Shown here one piece after another: positions 46,883 to 60,569 of a DNA stretch of 64,000 bases. Position numbers and translations under genes: made by a program. The DNA lies in contig NC_092345.1 of assembly GCF_963676685.1 (NCBI RefSeq), positions 45,012,001 to 45,076,000 of the forward strand, read 5' to 3'. Under the pieces are notes generated by a model that was given only the letters and a program-made list of their open reading frames with translations, had not been told where the DNA came from and made no database searches. Every line of letters begins with the position of its first letter. Within the stretch, counting starts at the first letter, position 1. The stretch is from Mytilus edulis. Its lineage: Eukaryota.

Positions 46883-47065
46883 GGGGATCTCGTTGTAGCA
46901 TGCTAACTATGAGTGCGGGAGGTCGTTAGTCAGATCTCCGATCAGGTCAATCGAAAGACTTGAAAATTGGGATTTGGTGCTTCTCCGTTCAGAACGCAGC
47001 ATTAAAGAGTAAAAGAAAGACTTGACGGTTCGAAATTAGAACAAAGAGCGCGGGAAGGGTGACAA
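46883..47065 (+). mobile_element. Decayed tRNA-derived SINE (Meta/RUDI-like core)
   Basis: ggtcaatcgaaagacttgaaaattgggatttggtgcttctccg...acgcagcattaaagagtaa resembles the mollusc Meta-domain SINE core (recalled). Confidence 0.55.
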
Positions 47066-50000
47066 TTGACAATTACGTTACAATTTGACTCAGATTTGTA
47101 CAAGCAAGGCTTATATCAAAACATGCGTTAAATTTGCTGCTTGTCATTTGGTCTAAAAAAAGGCTTTGGATTGCTAGTATTAAGTTCTTGTTCTAGTATA
47201 AATGTTCTAAATGAAAAAGAAAAAAATACCACCATGTTTTGAAATAAAACGAAAGGGTAAAACGCAATAAATGTCTCAATCATATTAAATAAACAATAAA
47301 AAAAATAGTGGATCTTCAGATTTATTTAAGCTATTAACCTAGTAAGAGAAGACGGTTCAAAAATCCAGATAAAAACATGTTGACATTAATATGTTATTTT
47401 GAATAAAAAGAAATTATCTAATTAAGAGATGTTCATATATAAAAATTAATCTACAAATCATTTACTCAGGATTTCAGATTTTTTTTTGTATTAATGATGA
47501 TCCTCCCAATCTTTTGCATATTTGTTTATTTTATGAAAGAGAAAAACTTTCAAGAGTAAAACGAATCAATAAATGTAGATCCTCGAACAATTCAAGATCA
47601 CCTAAATTGTCAGTCAGCTATTTTTAAGAACTTAGTATTTGTTTTAATACACTTTAAAAAAATCTTTTTTGTGATAGAGCAGGTGCGATTTTTTGAATGA
47701 ATTTGAATATTATTGTCTAAAGAAATGCACTACGAAATAACTGTGTTCTTGTGTCATTTTCCTGTTACTGTTTGGAAATCGGTATTCTTATTTTAAATTC
47801 GAATTTTAATTGATATCATAGTTAAGTCCTATCTCGTTTTCTTTCGTAAAGGTAATTAACTTCCACAATGATAATTTTTAGATCTGGCTTTTATTCATGA
47901 AAAAGAGATGCGAATGAGTCCAAATGGTCAGTTTTTGATATTGTGTTTTGTAACCAAACTGTCATCTATTGGTCGTATTTGGTATCTTCGTTTCTTTCTT
48001 TTTTGGTCCTGTTTGATATTTGGTAAATTGTATAAGCATTAGTATATTTAAACGCAAAATTAAAATGCAAAGATGATAATCCTCTCAACACTTGAATGTA
48101 ATTGTATTCATGTATCCTTCATGATTGAATAATGAGTACATGTATAGACCTTAAAAGGATTTTTTGGGGTTAAACTGACCCTTACCTTCTTTTCCAATCA
48201 CAAAATGAAGCCCTAAACGAGTGAATCAAAGGAAAAATATCAATATTTGTCCACTTTTGCACTTTATAAAAGATCCAGCAGTTTGCATTTATAAATTCAA
48301 ATATTGAACGATTATAACCGAATGTTGCCGACATGCTGATCTTTTATTTGTTAACTACTTTACACAAGTTCACTGTATGGTTTGATTTTTTGTGGAACAA
48401 AAGTATATGTTGAAGGGAAAAGGAAGATCCCAGAATTGCAACTATGAAAAAAAAAGCAGATAAAGAACAGATCACAAATCTGGCAAACGAAAAAAAAAAA
48501 AAAAATATGAGAAATATTAAACTGGAAACAAATCTTGCACAACAAATCAAATTATAATCCGGTGAAGAGTTGTGTGCTTAGAAACTACAATAAACCCCCA
48601 CTTTTGTAACTACGTGTGCTCTTCCGGTCTTGTTGATCAACGAATGTATTCAAACTCTCAATCCATTCCTTGTCGCCTCTGAGGGTGATTTTATCAACAT
48701 CAACAAAATCAGTTTTGATATTAGATATTAGCTTCGTTTTGTTTTATTTACTAAATCGGCATTCCAATCTCATTTAATTACTTTTTTTAAATTAACATGT
48801 ATAATTATGTAACAAATAAATGAATATATCAACTGATTTGATTGTTCAATGCATATTTCACATGTAATATATGAAATATGATATTCGTAAGGTATCAACA
48901 CACGTTATAATATAATTTTGCAGATATATATACGTCAAACACGCGAAGCAATGAATTTGGTTGTTAAATTTGATAGATACTTTTTGTGCTTCTTTGATAA
49001 ATATTTATTTGTTTTGAGACTGTGACACAGTAATGACTGCTGTACCCCTATTTTCACAATTTTACCTACAATGTCTGTTTTGTTCACGCATCGCTGTAAA
49101 TATAATGGAATTTGATGCGACCATCATACAAGTGAGAGGTATCGCGCTATAAAACCAGGTTCAATCCACCATTGTCTACAATTGAAAATACATGTACCAA
49201 GTCAGGAAAATGAAAGTTGTTGTCCACTCGTTTAATGTGTTTTATCATTTGACTTTGACATTTGATTAGGGACTTTCCGTTTTGAATTTTTATCCGAGGT
49301 CAGTTTTTTTGTGATTTTAATTTTTATTGGTTTATTAATTCATGAATTTTTATTTGTCTCATTTTCTTTAGCCAGATTTGTTTGCGTGAAATTTGTAAGT
49401 AATTTCCTAATTTTCTACTGCATTAAATGAGCAAATGCTGTAACTTTTTCTATTAGTAGTTTTCATATATGTTTTATGAACTACTATCTGACGTTTTATC
49501 AATTTATTATGTAAAGATGTGATCTGATGTAGATACTGTTTGAAATTTCAAGAAAGGAACAGAGTGCAATTACATTATTGGAATTCTTGAGGACTTTTGC
49601 TTTGAAGAAATAAATATTTGAGCTCTAAGTCGTCATAAAACGTTTAGCACTTACAAATATTGATGTCGTATATCTTTTCAAATACAAATTGGATTATTAA
49701 AAGGATTGATTTGGTGCATTTCTGACACTGAAATTTAAACTTTATCTCAATTAAATCGATTTGCGGAGCTTTTTTTATTTTTTTACCCTAGACCCTATAA
49801 TTAGGCCTTGTATCCTAACATTCAATGTTTAAGCATAAACACTTATCTCTTTAGTTATTTACACGAAAAACAGTTATAGAAAATATTTATGTATTTTAAG
49901 ATGCTGAAATAGAGTGACATTTTACATCATGTTAAGGAAGTGTAATATTATAATTCACGAATAAACAAATATGTCATGCACATGTGTCGCAAGCAAACTA

Positions 50001-53000
50001 AATACAAATATATTGATAAACGTATATAGTGAGTTGCATTGTACTTAGTCAGACAAGGTCATGCGTCTCAAAACTGGTTATGACGTCTATATACTAAACT
50101 CAAGCGTTGAGTATTGATTGATAGTTGTATAAGGGTGAACATAATTTATTGATTAGTTGTAATTGGCTTTGAACTAGCTTTGTGTCTATGAGTTTTTTTT
50201 AATTTTTATAGTTGTTGTTGTGCTTTGTACCAAGCTTTTGAGACTAAACTGAAGCCAAATTTATTTAATTTTTTACAGTTTGTTCTTTTGTTGTGCTAAT
50301 AAACCATTATTCAAGGTTAGGAGAGGGTTGGGCGCTCACAAACACGCTACCCCAATTCTGTCCCAAGTCAGGAGTCTTTCGTTCAGGTTTTGTTATTGGT
50401 TCATGTACGTCATAATTATTTTTCCAAAAATTATTTTGTGATAAACTATATCGTTAGTTTCGGACTTTGCGGTATGAGTTTTTCTCTTTTTCTTGGAGAC
50501 ATTGTTGCCTATAATTGTTTAAATCCATTTCATTTGAACTCAAATGGGTAATTTTCTCATTCGCAATTATATCACATCTCTGTTTTTCATCTATCAAAGT
50601 TTTGAAATTAAATTAATAATGATATATCTTCAGAATTATTTTGAAAATATCGTTATTTGTTCATACAGTATTTACAATTGTATTAGACTAGTTAACATAA
50701 TTAGTCCAACTTTGGTTCATAAAAGTAAAATAAAAAAAATACCGAGCTCCAAATTAAATTCAAAGTCCCTTACTAAAGGCAAAATCAAAAGTTTTTTTAA
50801 CACATCAAACGAATGGAAAACAACACACATATTCCTGACCTGGTACAGGTATATTTTTATGTAGAAAATGGGGAATTACACCTGTTTTTTTTTAAGCTGG
50901 TTTGTCTTTTTGTTGTTGGGATATATAATTACCCAGCCACGTTCATTGTGTTTTTGTTAGATGTATTTCTATTTGTATCAATCTGATAAATTACGCCTTT
51001 TTCAACTGAATTTTATAGTTCGTTCTGTTGTACTTTAACACCACTGTCCCAGGTTACGGGGGGTTGGGGGGTTGGGGGGTTGGGTTGGATCAAGCTAACC
51101 TGTTTAACCCTCCACACTCTGTTTGTATGTTTCTGTCCCAAGTCAGGAGGCTGTAATTAATTGGTTGTCGTTTGTTGATGTGATTTATATTTGTTTTTCG
51201 TTCATTTTTTGTACATAAATTAGGTTATTAGTTTTTTCGTTTCATTTTTTTACATTTATCAATTCGGGGCCTTTTATAGCTTACTATGCGGTATTGGCTA
51301 TGATCATTGTTGAAGGCCGTACAGTGACCTGTAGTTGTTAATTTCTGTGTCATGTTGGTATCTTGTGGAAAGTTGTCTCATTGGCAATCATACCACATCT
51401 TCTTTTTTTTTTTTTTAATAAAAACCTATTATTTGTATGACAGTCGCACTAAAAATGAATGACTTACGTAAATACAAATATATTCACAGAATTTTTCAAT
51501 ACACTGTAATTCATGTTTATTCTTTAGTTTTTTAGGTTGTGTCATGTGTACTATTGTTTTTCTGTTTGTCTTTTTCATTTTTTGTCAGTTTGTTTTAGAT
51601 TTATGAGTTTGAATGTCCCTTTGGTATCTTTCGTCCCTCTTTTCTTCTCTTTCATAACAGTACAGGAATAACTCATCTATTACAGGGGAATGATTTATGC
51701 CTATAGAAATACCTACAGCCTGCCAATAAACCTTATTGCTGAAACGTACATAAATTGATGCAAATAAAATTCAAGTTACTGCATCTAGACTACTAACCTG
51801 TTTCTTTAAAGAAAAAAAAAACACTTTGAATGAGTGGCAGCAGATTAAATCAACAATCTGCGATTATATATCTGTAATGTCTTGTTTCATAAATTAAAAT
51901 ATTGAGCAACTCTACGGCAAATATATCCATAATTGGTTTTTTAAAGCTCAATAATTAGATTATACTTGTTATCTAAGTATTAACTTATACAAGGGCGAAT
52001 GTATACTTGATATTCTATCAAACGAAAGTCAATGTGGAAGGAAAATGAAGAAACAAAGGGGACAAGTAGAAACCACTAGTCGGGGAATGACAAACTACAT
52101 ACACATCACAAGAATAAAGCAAAAAAACCAGTGGTGATACGGATTTTACAATGTTTTATACGCTTTATCATATATTTCAACAGGAGAGTTATATGAACTG
52201 CTTTCTAATCTCTAATTTGTCTTATTTTAACAGCTTAAAAAACATTGATCAATTACTTACCCAAAGCACCTGGGTTACCTAACAATTTGCGTGCTGTTGT
52301 TTTAAAAATAGTTTGTTTATTGTATTTTTTTGTGTGTTTTGTATGGTACTTCATTGAGTTCTTTTTTATAGTTGGATTTCGTGTCGAAAAAATATGAAAA
52401 CTCGACATGTGTGACGTCACATACTTAACAATGACGTCATTTAATAAATTGCGTCACGCCCGAATGACCATTCATTGAGGACCCGTGTTGAGAAAATATA
52501 TTTGTTGAGAAGCTTGCATAAACTAAAACGGACTTTATTATGTAAAAATGAAGAACAAAATGAGTAGGGGTGTGATAAAGGGTGCACATCAAAGTTGCGC
52601 GATATAGATAAGACAAAAGGTTATTTATCAAATATTCAAAACTACTGTATTTATTACTTTTTTTTTCATTTATAAGAATAACCAATATAAATAATAAAGA
52701 CATAACTAAGTAGCAAATTTAAACAGCTTATGACTTTGGATAATTTGTTTAAAGGTCTAACCGAAGTCTTAGAAAAATAATTGAACAGTTCGTATTTTTC
52801 CCAAAATCGAAACAAATGCCGATTTAACATTCTGACGCTCTTTTTAAATACAATAACTGGTTCCTCGAAATCATTATTCTTAAGCGGTTATAATTATTCC
52901 GAAGGTGTGAATCTGATTGTGTTGGTCATTTTTTGTCAAAATCATAAATTAACTGTTAACAAAACTTTGAAGTTTTGAAACACTAAGGCTTTTTTACAGA

Positions 53001-53760
53001 TTACCTTAGCTTATTTGGCCGAACTTTAAGGAGTTTTGGGTCCTCAACTTTGTTCTTTGTTTGGCCTTTTTAACTTTTTTTTATTCGAGCGTCACTGATG
53101 AATCTTTCGTAGACGAAATACGCGTCTGGCACCTTAAAAAATACACTAGAAAACGTGTTCATAGAAGAACATTTTATTACATTCATATCTGCAATGTCAA
53201 TTTGTACCCAATAACCGTAAAACAAATGCTGATGAAAGTCGATATTTTTATACTTATGATCAGAAACTTTAATATTCAACAATTTGTTAATTTAAAATAT
53301 TGTCAAACACTTGTTACAGAAAAAATAAAAACAACTATTTCTGAACATTATCACGAATCAACATAATGTTATGTTTATTTTTATTGTAACATTATCGATT
53401 AAACAATTAACTGAAATGCACTTACAACAATTTTCCTTTGTAACTATCAGAAGGTTTTGACTTGAATATTTTTTTTAATTTTTTTTTCAAATATACGAAA
53501 ATTTTATTTTCATTTTTGCTTTTAATAAAATTTCCTTACGTTTCGTTTACATATTCACGTTTATATGTCGATCTCAGTTCGGTAACCATGTAAACATACA
53601 CATTTGCCATTTGAATTCGCTCCCTAGCTGTATTTCTGAACGTGATATATACAATTTCATGTAAAAAAAAAACCAAGAATAATTTTAATGTTTTGCATGA
53701 CGCATCCTGTTTTGCAGCTTGCAAGGTATTTAAGACAAATGCATATATTTTCTTAATATA

Positions 53761-55137
53761 ATATGAGTGCCAATGAAAACGCAACACTTTGTTTAAAAAA
53801 AAACCATATTCAAATGCAATGCGTTCGTGCAACACAACGCCACATTTCACTAATTCACAGTCTCAAAAACGAATGTGTCTGCTGCGTGCTGCCACGCAAT
53901 CTCTACAATGACGTGGTAGTGACCTGACCAGACGTCGGACACGGTGTTGTAGAATGTTTGTCCATTCTTCCCGCAATGTAGAAATTAACGCACCGTAACT
54001 GGTAGTGGCTGTCGTCGTCTTACGGCTTGTCCAATTTGATTCCATAATTGTTCAATTGGATTCAAATCCGGCAAAAAGGCTGACCATGTAATGTCTGAAC
54101 ATGGTTGTTATTGATGAACTCAGTTGTGAGTCTAGCGGAGTGTGCTCGAGCGTTATCTTGTTGAAAAACATTAACATCTTGATGCCTAGCCATAGAATAA
54201 TCGATGTAGCGTTGGGCGTTTAAATGTCTATTGATAGTGGTGAGTGGAGTTTTATGGTTAACGATATTCCTCCCCATACCATGACACAACCACCACTCCA
54301 ACGATCTGTGTCTTGGATATATGAATATGCATAGCGTTCTCATCGTCGTCTCTACACACGAGTTCGTCCATCACTACGGCGAAGATGGGTTCTTGATTCG
54401 TCCGTCCGTAAGACATTTGTCCATTGCATGTGTAACCATCCCTGACGCAGTTGTGTCCATCTAAAACAATTTTGGCGTCGTACTGCTGTCAACATGTTAC
54501 CACGGAAAGGCCGCCGTGACCTTTATTCACTACTGCGTAAACGGCTTCTTATCGTGTTTGCTCCTATTTGTATCCTATGAATACTGACAGTATTTCGTGC
54601 TGATTGGACAGTCGTACGGAAACAACCGTGCAGGTGCTGAAGACCAATATACCGGTCCTGTTGGGCAGTAGTTGCTCTCTGTATTCTGGGACGTGGTCTA
54701 TCATTCAACGACCCAGTTTGGTTGAATTCTTTGATGAGTCTGGTATTTGTTGAGGCTTGCAATTTCACGACTGAAATGCCACCTTGTACCATGCCCCAAA
54801 CTTCATGTCTCTGGTAGTCTGAAATTCTTTGTATCTACGCCTTAGTTTATTGCAGTGGCTTACAAAAAAGGATGTGAAATTTCAATTCTTAAGCAAGGCT
54901 TTCCAAAACAAACATGAGAAAATCACTTTTGCGTAAAATAGCGCTGCAGTCCACTCTCCCCACTTTTCTGTAACCAAGCAACTATCTTTTTTTCTAAATT
55001 CATTCAAGCGTAAGGTTGTCAAAATAAGTCTGACAATTCATTTTCAATCCGATATAGGTAATCATTTCAAATGATTATTAATATCTTTTTTAAATATTTG
55101 AAATTTACAGGTGTTGCGTTTTCATAAGCACTCAGTT
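53761..55137 (-). mobile_element. Full-length degenerate Tc1/mariner transposon (~1.38 kb)
   Basis: TIRs ..tgagtgccaatgaaaacgcaacac / gtgttgcgttttcataagcactcag.. with TA on both sides. Frameshifted transposase pieces (ORFs 54523..54792, 54062..54343, 53863..54045) include DRPRPR..R.TT..QDRYI, DESR, FQQDNARAH and W..I. Confidence 0.92.
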
Positions 55138-58100
55138 TAGATATATATCTACTACTTTCTATCAATTATTTACTTTTAATCGTTAATAAAACTATTGTAC
55201 GGAAACTGATGCCTGTCATGCAGTTTTTTTTTAAATTCTTACTCGTTATAACGACTTTGTCTTGATTTAATTTATATGTATATTGTATAGTTCTATTTTG
55301 TACCGAAATCATTTACATCTCAGTTGCGAGATGATAGTTGGATAAGTCTTCCATATTACGGGTATGTATCTGTTCTTGGTATAATTTTAATCTTAAAAGT
55401 GTTTTTTTTTCCTGACATGGTGGGTTCATAAAGAGGAACCGCGACTATTTCTTAAATAAATTACGATGTACATTTTTTTAAATATTGTTTAATCGATAAA
55501 CAAAATATGTAACACGCAGAACAGTGACCTTTATCTGGGAAACATCCTAAAATAACCAAAGCGATTCCAAAAACAAATCACCAAGGCAATAAGTCCATTT
55601 AGAGACTATAGGTGCCAAGCCCAATCATACCAGATTTCAGATTAAAAAATCAACAGGGAAAAACATTTGATCATTAAATTTTAATCTAATCTTGTTTTCT
55701 ATACACAGATTCGATGCGAGCACTTCAAATGCAAAAATCGTATAAAGAAAAACGACCTTCGTTCCTTATACATTGAGGACCACGACTGTCTGTTGATGAA
55801 CACACTTAGCATATAGTAAAAAAAAGCCCGTTTTATTCATTCAATCAAAGAATGATAACTCGAAGGTATTTTAGTTACTTTTCCCACACCAATATTAGTT
55901 AAAAAACTAAAAGATGAATTTGAAATAAACAACTTGTTAGACAAATGAATTGATTGTTGCTAGCCAAATGGTAAGACGGTAATATTTCATGTACTTTGGT
56001 TCTGCCTTTACGGCAATAAAATTACGGACATTATTTTATTAAAATTTGCTGTAATTTAATTTGAAATGAAATCGTTTAAAGCTAAGGAATATATCTTCCT
56101 TATTCAAACGTGTGATTCGTTGTGCGAATTGGGTCTATTTCATGCCTTTAATAAAAAAACAAAATATTTTTTTTGGCCTCGTGCATCACTAAAAAAACAT
56201 ATGCACACATGGAGTGCAGTAAAGTTGGTACCAATTGTGAAAAAAAGGACTTTTCACTTGTTGAAGCAATATCAAGAAGGGCATTTCAGGGGTCACCCAA
56301 TTTGTGAAATATTTAATCATACTTTGTACCACGAAACTTTAACGAGTGTGAAAAAAAAAATTCACAAAAATACTGAACTCAAAGGAAAATCAATTCGGAA
56401 AGTCCATAATCACATGGCAAAATCAAATTAAAAACACATAAAAAACGAATGGACAAGAACTGTCATATTCCTGACTTGGTACAGGCATTTTCAAATGTAG
56501 AACATGGTGGATTAAACCTGGTTCTATAGCGCTAACCCTCTCACTTTGATGACAGTCTCATCAAATTCCGTTATATCTACAATGATGCGTTATCTAAACA
56601 GACACAATAAATAAAATAGTCAAAATATGGGTACAGCAGTCATCATCGTGTAACAATTTTAAAAGGAACAATTTAACAGAACACAAAAACATCTATCTAC
56701 AAACACATTCATTGATTCGCGTGTCTGACGTCAGAAATTTTATACGTCACATATATTTGTCGTTCAATGTACATACAAACAATTTAATTTCACATAGGCA
56801 ATGTTAGCATACAGGAAAATGAGTCTTAGCTTCGAAATGAGCCACAATAAATCTCCAATTTTATGATATGAACAGAAGAAGGGGAAAAGGCTACCATTTT
56901 CGGCTATGGGAACTGAATTGCGAATCTTGCCCAGATATTGTCTGGCTGATTAATTTTCCTAATTTAAATGACCTAGAAAGTTAAAACAATCTTAGGGGTC
57001 TGTCATGGAAAAGAAGAGTTCAAAATGGAAAAAAAATCTGGAATATATTCTATTTTCACTGGAATAATTATTACAATATATGTCCCTAATGGAATAAATG
57101 GTAGAGAACATTTGTACCAACAGGACACAAAGAACTATCACAACAAAAATCCTGATAAAAAAAATCTTAAAAAGCTTTAATCAATCTCTTTGGGACATCT
57201 GTAAAGTGTAAAGTTACTTTCAGGATAGAAATTGTAAATAAAACAATAACTGAATTTTCTTTTTTTCAAAGAACTTTGAAATAAACAGTTCTAGGACACC
57301 AAGTATTACATTACATCCTCAGAAGTCTAAAGTATATATTTTGCTAATCGGCTTGACATTGCATTGGTTTTTAAATTATTTTTCAAAGATATAGTTTCCA
57401 ACTATCAACAGACTGCTCATGGTGTCTTTACACTTAATTCTTTGGAGGTGTTTTGATTGGCAAATTTATGTCTATGGTCCCGGTCTATTGGCATGTTTAA
57501 CCCAAATTGAAATGTGAGGATCTTAACTTTCATAAAAGCATGAAGTTCATTTATTAATCATTAATACTATGTTGATAGTCCTAAATAAAGATTTCACTAA
57601 ATATTTAAAAAAAAATGATTGTTTTACAAGATTAATATTATATCTGACTCTTACTTCAGTCTCTCTGACAGCTAGGGGTTCAACTGTAAGCATAGTAAGG
57701 TTCAGCTGTTTAAAAAAACTTTAAGTTGTTAGGTGAAACTAATAAAATACAAACTATACCAGTTGTTGAGCTTGACTCTGTTCTTTCTAATTTTGTTCTA
57801 ACTGTAAGAAAAAAAGATGGCCAAGAGTATGAACCGTCCACTATCCGTGGCTTCATAAGTAGTGTCGAGAGAAAACTGAGGCGCCACAAATATGGCCACT
57901 CTATCATGGGAGATGACAATGATGAGAGTTTCCACCTTACCAGAGAAACATTGAAGGCGAAGCAAAAACTATTGAAACAAAAAGGCAAGGGCAACAAACC
58001 TAAAAGGGCCCAGCCATTAACAGATGAGGTGATTGCCATGCTGTTTGACAAGAATGTTCTTGGTGACAATTCTCCAAAAGCCCTCCTCAACACAGTATGG

Positions 58101-58403
58101 CTGAACAATTGTGTTCAATTTGGACTAAGAAGCGTCTCAGAACATTACTCACTTCGGTATGTTTTTATATGAAATAAGATTTAAAGGTATTGTTAAATGC
58201 AATAAAAATAGATATCAGAAAATTGTAAAAAACTAACATAAAAATGAACAATAAAGTGATATGACATACATAAATCACACACCTTTATCTCCTAAATCTT
58301 GCCCATCCAGTTTTTTCATTAGCAATCATATCACATCACATCGTTTCTTCTTTTTAAACATGCATGAAAAAAATAAATCACATTTAATTTTTTATAAAAT
58401 ATT

Positions 58404-58570
58404 TAGAAACCACAAGGATCATTTTTACTGCACATTTTCTCTAGTAGAAACAACATAGATCATTTTTACTGCACATTTGCTCTAAAAACCACAAGGATCA
58501 TTTGTACTGCACATTTGCAATTGCTCTAGTAGAAACCACAAGGATCATTTTTACAGCACATTTGCTCTAG
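58404..58570. repeat. Minisatellite, 4 x ~41 bp, inside the Crypton intron
   Basis: Unit tagaaaccacaaggatcatttttactgcacatttgctctag repeated four times with variants. Confidence 0.9.
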
Positions 58571-59316
58571 AATGTAATCCAATTTTTTAACTTTAGGTGA
58601 ATAAACAATGTGCTAGTATATACATTGTACATGCATCTATGTATAATATTGATTGATTGATGGTGTATAACGCCACTTTCCGCCCGCACAGTTATACATG
58701 TACATGTTTTGGGGTAAACAGTTACGTGTAACATATTTAGTGTACAAACTGCATCTGGTTGTCGCTTTTATTACACTGAATAATACATTTGTACATGCAT
58801 ATAAAGCCACTCGATGAATAAACTCAATACCAACTCATTCTATACTATTATCTTCATGTATGTTTGTATCACATCTTTCATCTGTAATAAACTACTGCCA
58901 GTAAAATTTTGCCTCATACATGTCGTATAAAACGTTTTTGTCACAGCTTTTTTTAATTCTGTAAGTAATTCTAGCAGAATACTTGAGCTCACTTGCAAAT
59001 ATGTATCAAATTCAGACATGAATACATGTAACAACTCCTTAGTTAGTGAATGGTACATTTGTAGTGTTCAAATTCTTGCAGCTAGCAGAACAGATTCTGA
59101 AAATAAAAATAAATACAGAATTTCAATGAGACTAGCCACTTAATTAAGGTGATTAGAGTATAATTCATAAGAATAAATACACAACAAACATGAAATAAAG
59201 TGTACGATTAAATAAGTCATTTTGTTTTCTCGTTAAAATAGGACATGTTGGCCATTTATATATTATGTAGAAGGCTTTAGTTTCATACACACACTTTTGT
59301 CAATCTACAACAAAAT

Positions 59317-59443
59317 TAGTCCAAATAATTATGACGTCTTGGAAGGCTTTTTCAAATGTTTGCTTTGACGCCTTCCTGTCGATGTAAGGCGTCAAAGAAA
59401 AAAAATATAATAGCCTTTTAAGATGTCATAATTATTTGCACTA
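59317..59443. mobile_element. 127-bp palindromic MITE with a probable 9-bp TSD
   Basis: tagtccaaataattatgac.../...gtcataattatttgcacta with inner ctttgacgcctt/aaggcgtcaaag; flanks caacaaaat and cagcaaagt. Confidence 0.7.
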
Positions 59444-60569
59444 CAGCAAAGTAAAAACTAATTGTCTTATATCATGACATTGTTAACTGTGATTGACCCA
59501 GTCCACTTGTGTAACTGTTCATAAATAAACTATTACATTTTCAAATTGTGAAAAATATGATAACACTGTTGCTTTTTTTTCAGATGTAACTTTAAACACA
59601 GCATCTGATGGCACAAAATACATTGTACCTAGAATTGAATGAAAGGCAAACCAAAACTCGAACAGGGGCAAATGTCGCAGATGTTAGAGAAGTGTCGCCT
59701 AAAATATATGAAACAAGAGGGGATCATGATCCAATTAAGTACTATGAAATCTATAAATCAAAGAGGCCACAAAATTTCAGTGATGCAAAGGACCCATTTT
59801 ACTTGGCACCGCGCACCATTTCACTGGCCGACACACGCTCCCAAATATGGTTTCTTCGCCAGAAAATAGGAGAGAGAAAAATGGGTTCAATAGTTGAAGC
59901 ATGAAGATTGAAGGCGGGATAAATGAAAACAAGCGTTTAACAAACCACAGTGCCCGAAAGTATCTTGTTCAGAAACTAAGATAAAATGAAATTCCTGACA
60001 CTGACATTATGCAAATTTCGGGTCACAAAAATGTGAATTCCATAAACAGTTATAGTTCAATTTTAGAAAACAAACAGAGAAAATTTTCAAATTTGTTAAG
60101 TAATACAAGCAGCGAGGAATCTTTAACTTGTCACACTTCCACCGAGCCAAACTTACCGTGCACATCAGCTTCAACAGTCCTCCCATCTTTGTCTCAGCCT
60201 GTCAACCAACATAACAACCTTGATATGATGGCACCTTCCATTAGCTCGCAAACCAACATGTCGAGCCGTATCAATTCCATGTTTTATGGCGCTACTCTCC
60301 ATATCAACTCCCTCAATGTTTCTATGGACAAACCGCCTCAACAGTAATGGCCGCGTGCCAAATTCCGTTGGATCACAACGTGTAGTAACATTTGTCAAAC
60401 TTTTGTAAATTAAAACTTTTTATGTCTTCAAATTGTTAATTTACATATCATATCTTCTTTTTTTTAACAACATAAATAAATATTTATTTTAAATATTAGC
60501 TTGTTACAATATCATTCAGGAGTCCAAGCTCATCCTGATGTTCCCTGTTACAATCCACTAATAAATAAT

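Larger units (their letters stand above)
57680..60347 (+). mobile_element. Crypton-type tyrosine recombinase (DUF3504 / KCTD1-ZMYM-KIAA1958-like), intron-containing and degenerate
   Basis: VRKKDGQEYEPST, LLNTVW...FGLR, ERQTKTRTG, PFYL, TNHSAR and ISGHKNVNSINSY give the R...HxxR...H...Y catalytic set. Donor at ~58157, acceptor at ~59583; frameshifts and an in-frame TAA at 59982-59984. Confidence 0.88.

Noticed and set aside
57710-58108. 132-aa minus-strand ORF
   Set aside because: Antisense shadow of the Crypton recombinase exon.
57726-60347. Calling the recombinase a host gene (KCTD1/ZMYM/QRICH1/KIAA1958)
   Set aside because: No accessory host domains are visible, and it has frameshifts and a premature stop in a TE-dense context.
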